Shown: piece by piece, positions 62,869 to 64,000 of the stretch | Position numbering within the stretch: the first letter of the stretch is position 1 | Layout: every line of letters starts with the position of its first letter | From: Candidatus Daviesbacteria bacterium | GTDB lineage: Bacteria; Patescibacteriota; Microgenomatia; Daviesbacterales; UBA10151 | Length of the DNA: 64,000 bases | Assembly: GCA_016198275.1 (NCBI GenBank) | Contig: JACQIX010000038.1 | Coordinates: 2,340 to 66,339, forward strand | Direction of reading: 5' to 3' | Program-made: the position numbers and the translations under genes | Notes under the pieces: model-generated | Databases searched by the model: none | The model's input: the letters and a program-made list of their open reading frames with translations, nothing else | What the model was told of the DNA's origin: nothing

Positions 62869-64000
62869 ATGGCACAAGCTGAAAGACCAACAAATGGTGA
62901 AGCATTACAACCACAAGTAGCCCTCACAGAAGGACAACGTAGGGCTGCACAAGGTGTATTAAAAGCATTAGATACTACCTCTGAAAGAAGGGTAGTTTTT
63001 TTGGAGGGTTTAGGAGGCACTGGTAAGGACTTCACAATAGATGCACTTACTCCTTATATTACAGCAAAAGGTGCATTTGTAAATAAACATATAGAGATTT
63101 CTTTGAGCATATTCCCATCTGCTGATACAGAAAGAACGTTAAGAGAAGGACATGTAGTAGGTTCTGGCGACCTTAGACAGCAAGAGCTTCTTCAACAAAC
63201 CTTATCAAGAGAATATCCTGACAACAAATTGGTTACTGTTCCTTTACAGGGTATGACTTTGTTTGAAGCCCTTAATTATGTTAGGGCTATTAAAGGTGAA
63301 CAGCCACGACTACTTACAGATGAACAATTAGCAGCTTCTTCTTTGGGTATTCATGAGGTAGCACAAATGTTAGTTGCTGACCCTCACTTACCGGAGGACC
63401 TTGCAGTAAGAGTGGCGGGTAGTCATTTGGGAAGCGATTTACAAAGGTCAGATAGATACCACGACAAATACCCAGAAGCCGTAAAACGTTATTTAAGAAT
63501 TGAGCCAACTGCTGCAATGGTTGAGATTACCCAACAACAAGGAGGATTTCGACAAGGACACCTTTATGACAGATTAGGTAGAGTTCTCAAAAATAAGTTT
63601 GACCTTCAACAAAAAGGTGGAGATGAGGAAAGTCCATTATTTGTTGCCCCTGAGAGTGTCGATATATACAACCGACTTCTTCAAAGCGATGCTATATATG
63701 AAGGTATAAGGATTTTTGTACCTGAGGTTCCTATGCAAGACTTCCCTGCATTAGCTCGAGCTTTTGGTTTGGAAGCCACAAAACAATATCGTGCACAAGG
63801 ATATAGTGACGATGGATATAGAGATGGTACCCGCGTAAGAATGTTTAAAGAAAATGAAAGAAAAGTAGATACATGGTTTAAAGAACCTGATGGAAAAATT
63901 TACTTATCAGATGCACACGAAGGAAGGCATACAGATGAAATAGGCAGAAAATACGAGCAGCGTTTCAGAAGAGGCGAATTACCTGTACAAGCAAGGCATA
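62869..64000 (+). CDS. Hypothetical protein with a P-loop-like GLGGTGKD motif (3' end beyond the window)
   Basis: I read the frame codon by codon from ATG 62869 to the window end (377 codons) and found no stop. It is absent from the ORF track because no stop lies in the window. Two tracked minus-strand ORFs here are antisense artefacts. Confidence 0.7.
   Translation, partial: MAQAERPTNGEALQPQVALTEGQRRAAQGVLKALDTTSERRVVFLEGLGGTGKDFTIDALTPYITAKGAFVNKHIEISLSIFPSADTERTLREGHVVGSGDLRQQELLQQTLSREYPDNKLVTVPLQGMTLFEALNYVRAIKGEQPRLLTDEQLAASSLGIHEVAQMLVADPHLPEDLAVRVAGSHLGSDLQRSDRYHDKYPEAVKRYLRIEPTAAMVEITQQQGGFRQGHLYDRLGRVLKNKFDLQQKGGDEESPLFVAPESVDIYNRLLQSDAIYEGIRIFVPEVPMQDFPALARAFGLEATKQYRAQGYSDDGYRDGTRVRMFKENERKVDTWFKEPDGKIYLSDAHEGRHTDEIGRKYEQRFRRGELPVQARH

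Overview
This is an AT-rich bacterial window with short intergenic spacers and mostly minus-strand genes. The style fits a small-genome, CPR/Patescibacteria-like lineage, but that assignment is inference from gene content only. The genetic code is standard: TGA, TAA and TAG all close well-supported ORFs. Housekeeping content includes ftsH, trpS, an ATP-citrate-lyase-like cluster, an NDP-sugar pyrophosphorylase, an NRAMP and a VIT1 transporter, ftsB, a Xer recombinase, NiSOD sodN/sodX, trxB, msrA, a Znu/Tro-type ABC importer, rpoD, dnaG, tlyA and seven tRNA genes. Five things stand out. (1) ftsH is split exactly inside its Walker A GKT motif by a 428-codon LAGLIDADG intein. (2) A tRNA(CAU) gene carries a 200-nt group I (IC3-like) intron in its anticodon loop. 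(3) There are three GIY-YIG nuclease cassettes. One is flanked by inverted repeats inside the ACL-like operon, and one is bracketed by a duplicated 5' part of tRNA-Asn. (4) A family of GC-rich hairpin repeats is scattered across the window, with one copy in frame inside a gene. (5) An accessory island of about 17 kb (about 37.9-55.2 kb) ends at tRNA-Asn next to a large serine recombinase. The island holds BrnT/BrnA, a Fic protein with a TGTTAAC operator array, an IS3 remnant, XRE gene remnants, a phage-like module and two uncharacterised operons. The best candidates for an undescribed system are the HigB / HTH-ImmA fusion / Beta-protein operon with its convergent PD-(D/E)xK-like gene (47256-50417) and the adjacent three-gene operon (44792-46940). 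A separate self-contained module at 4054-5854 has a leader-like ORF, a terminator, a possible RelA/SpoT-like protein and a 73-aa partner. All functional calls come from motifs read by eye, and no database search was run.
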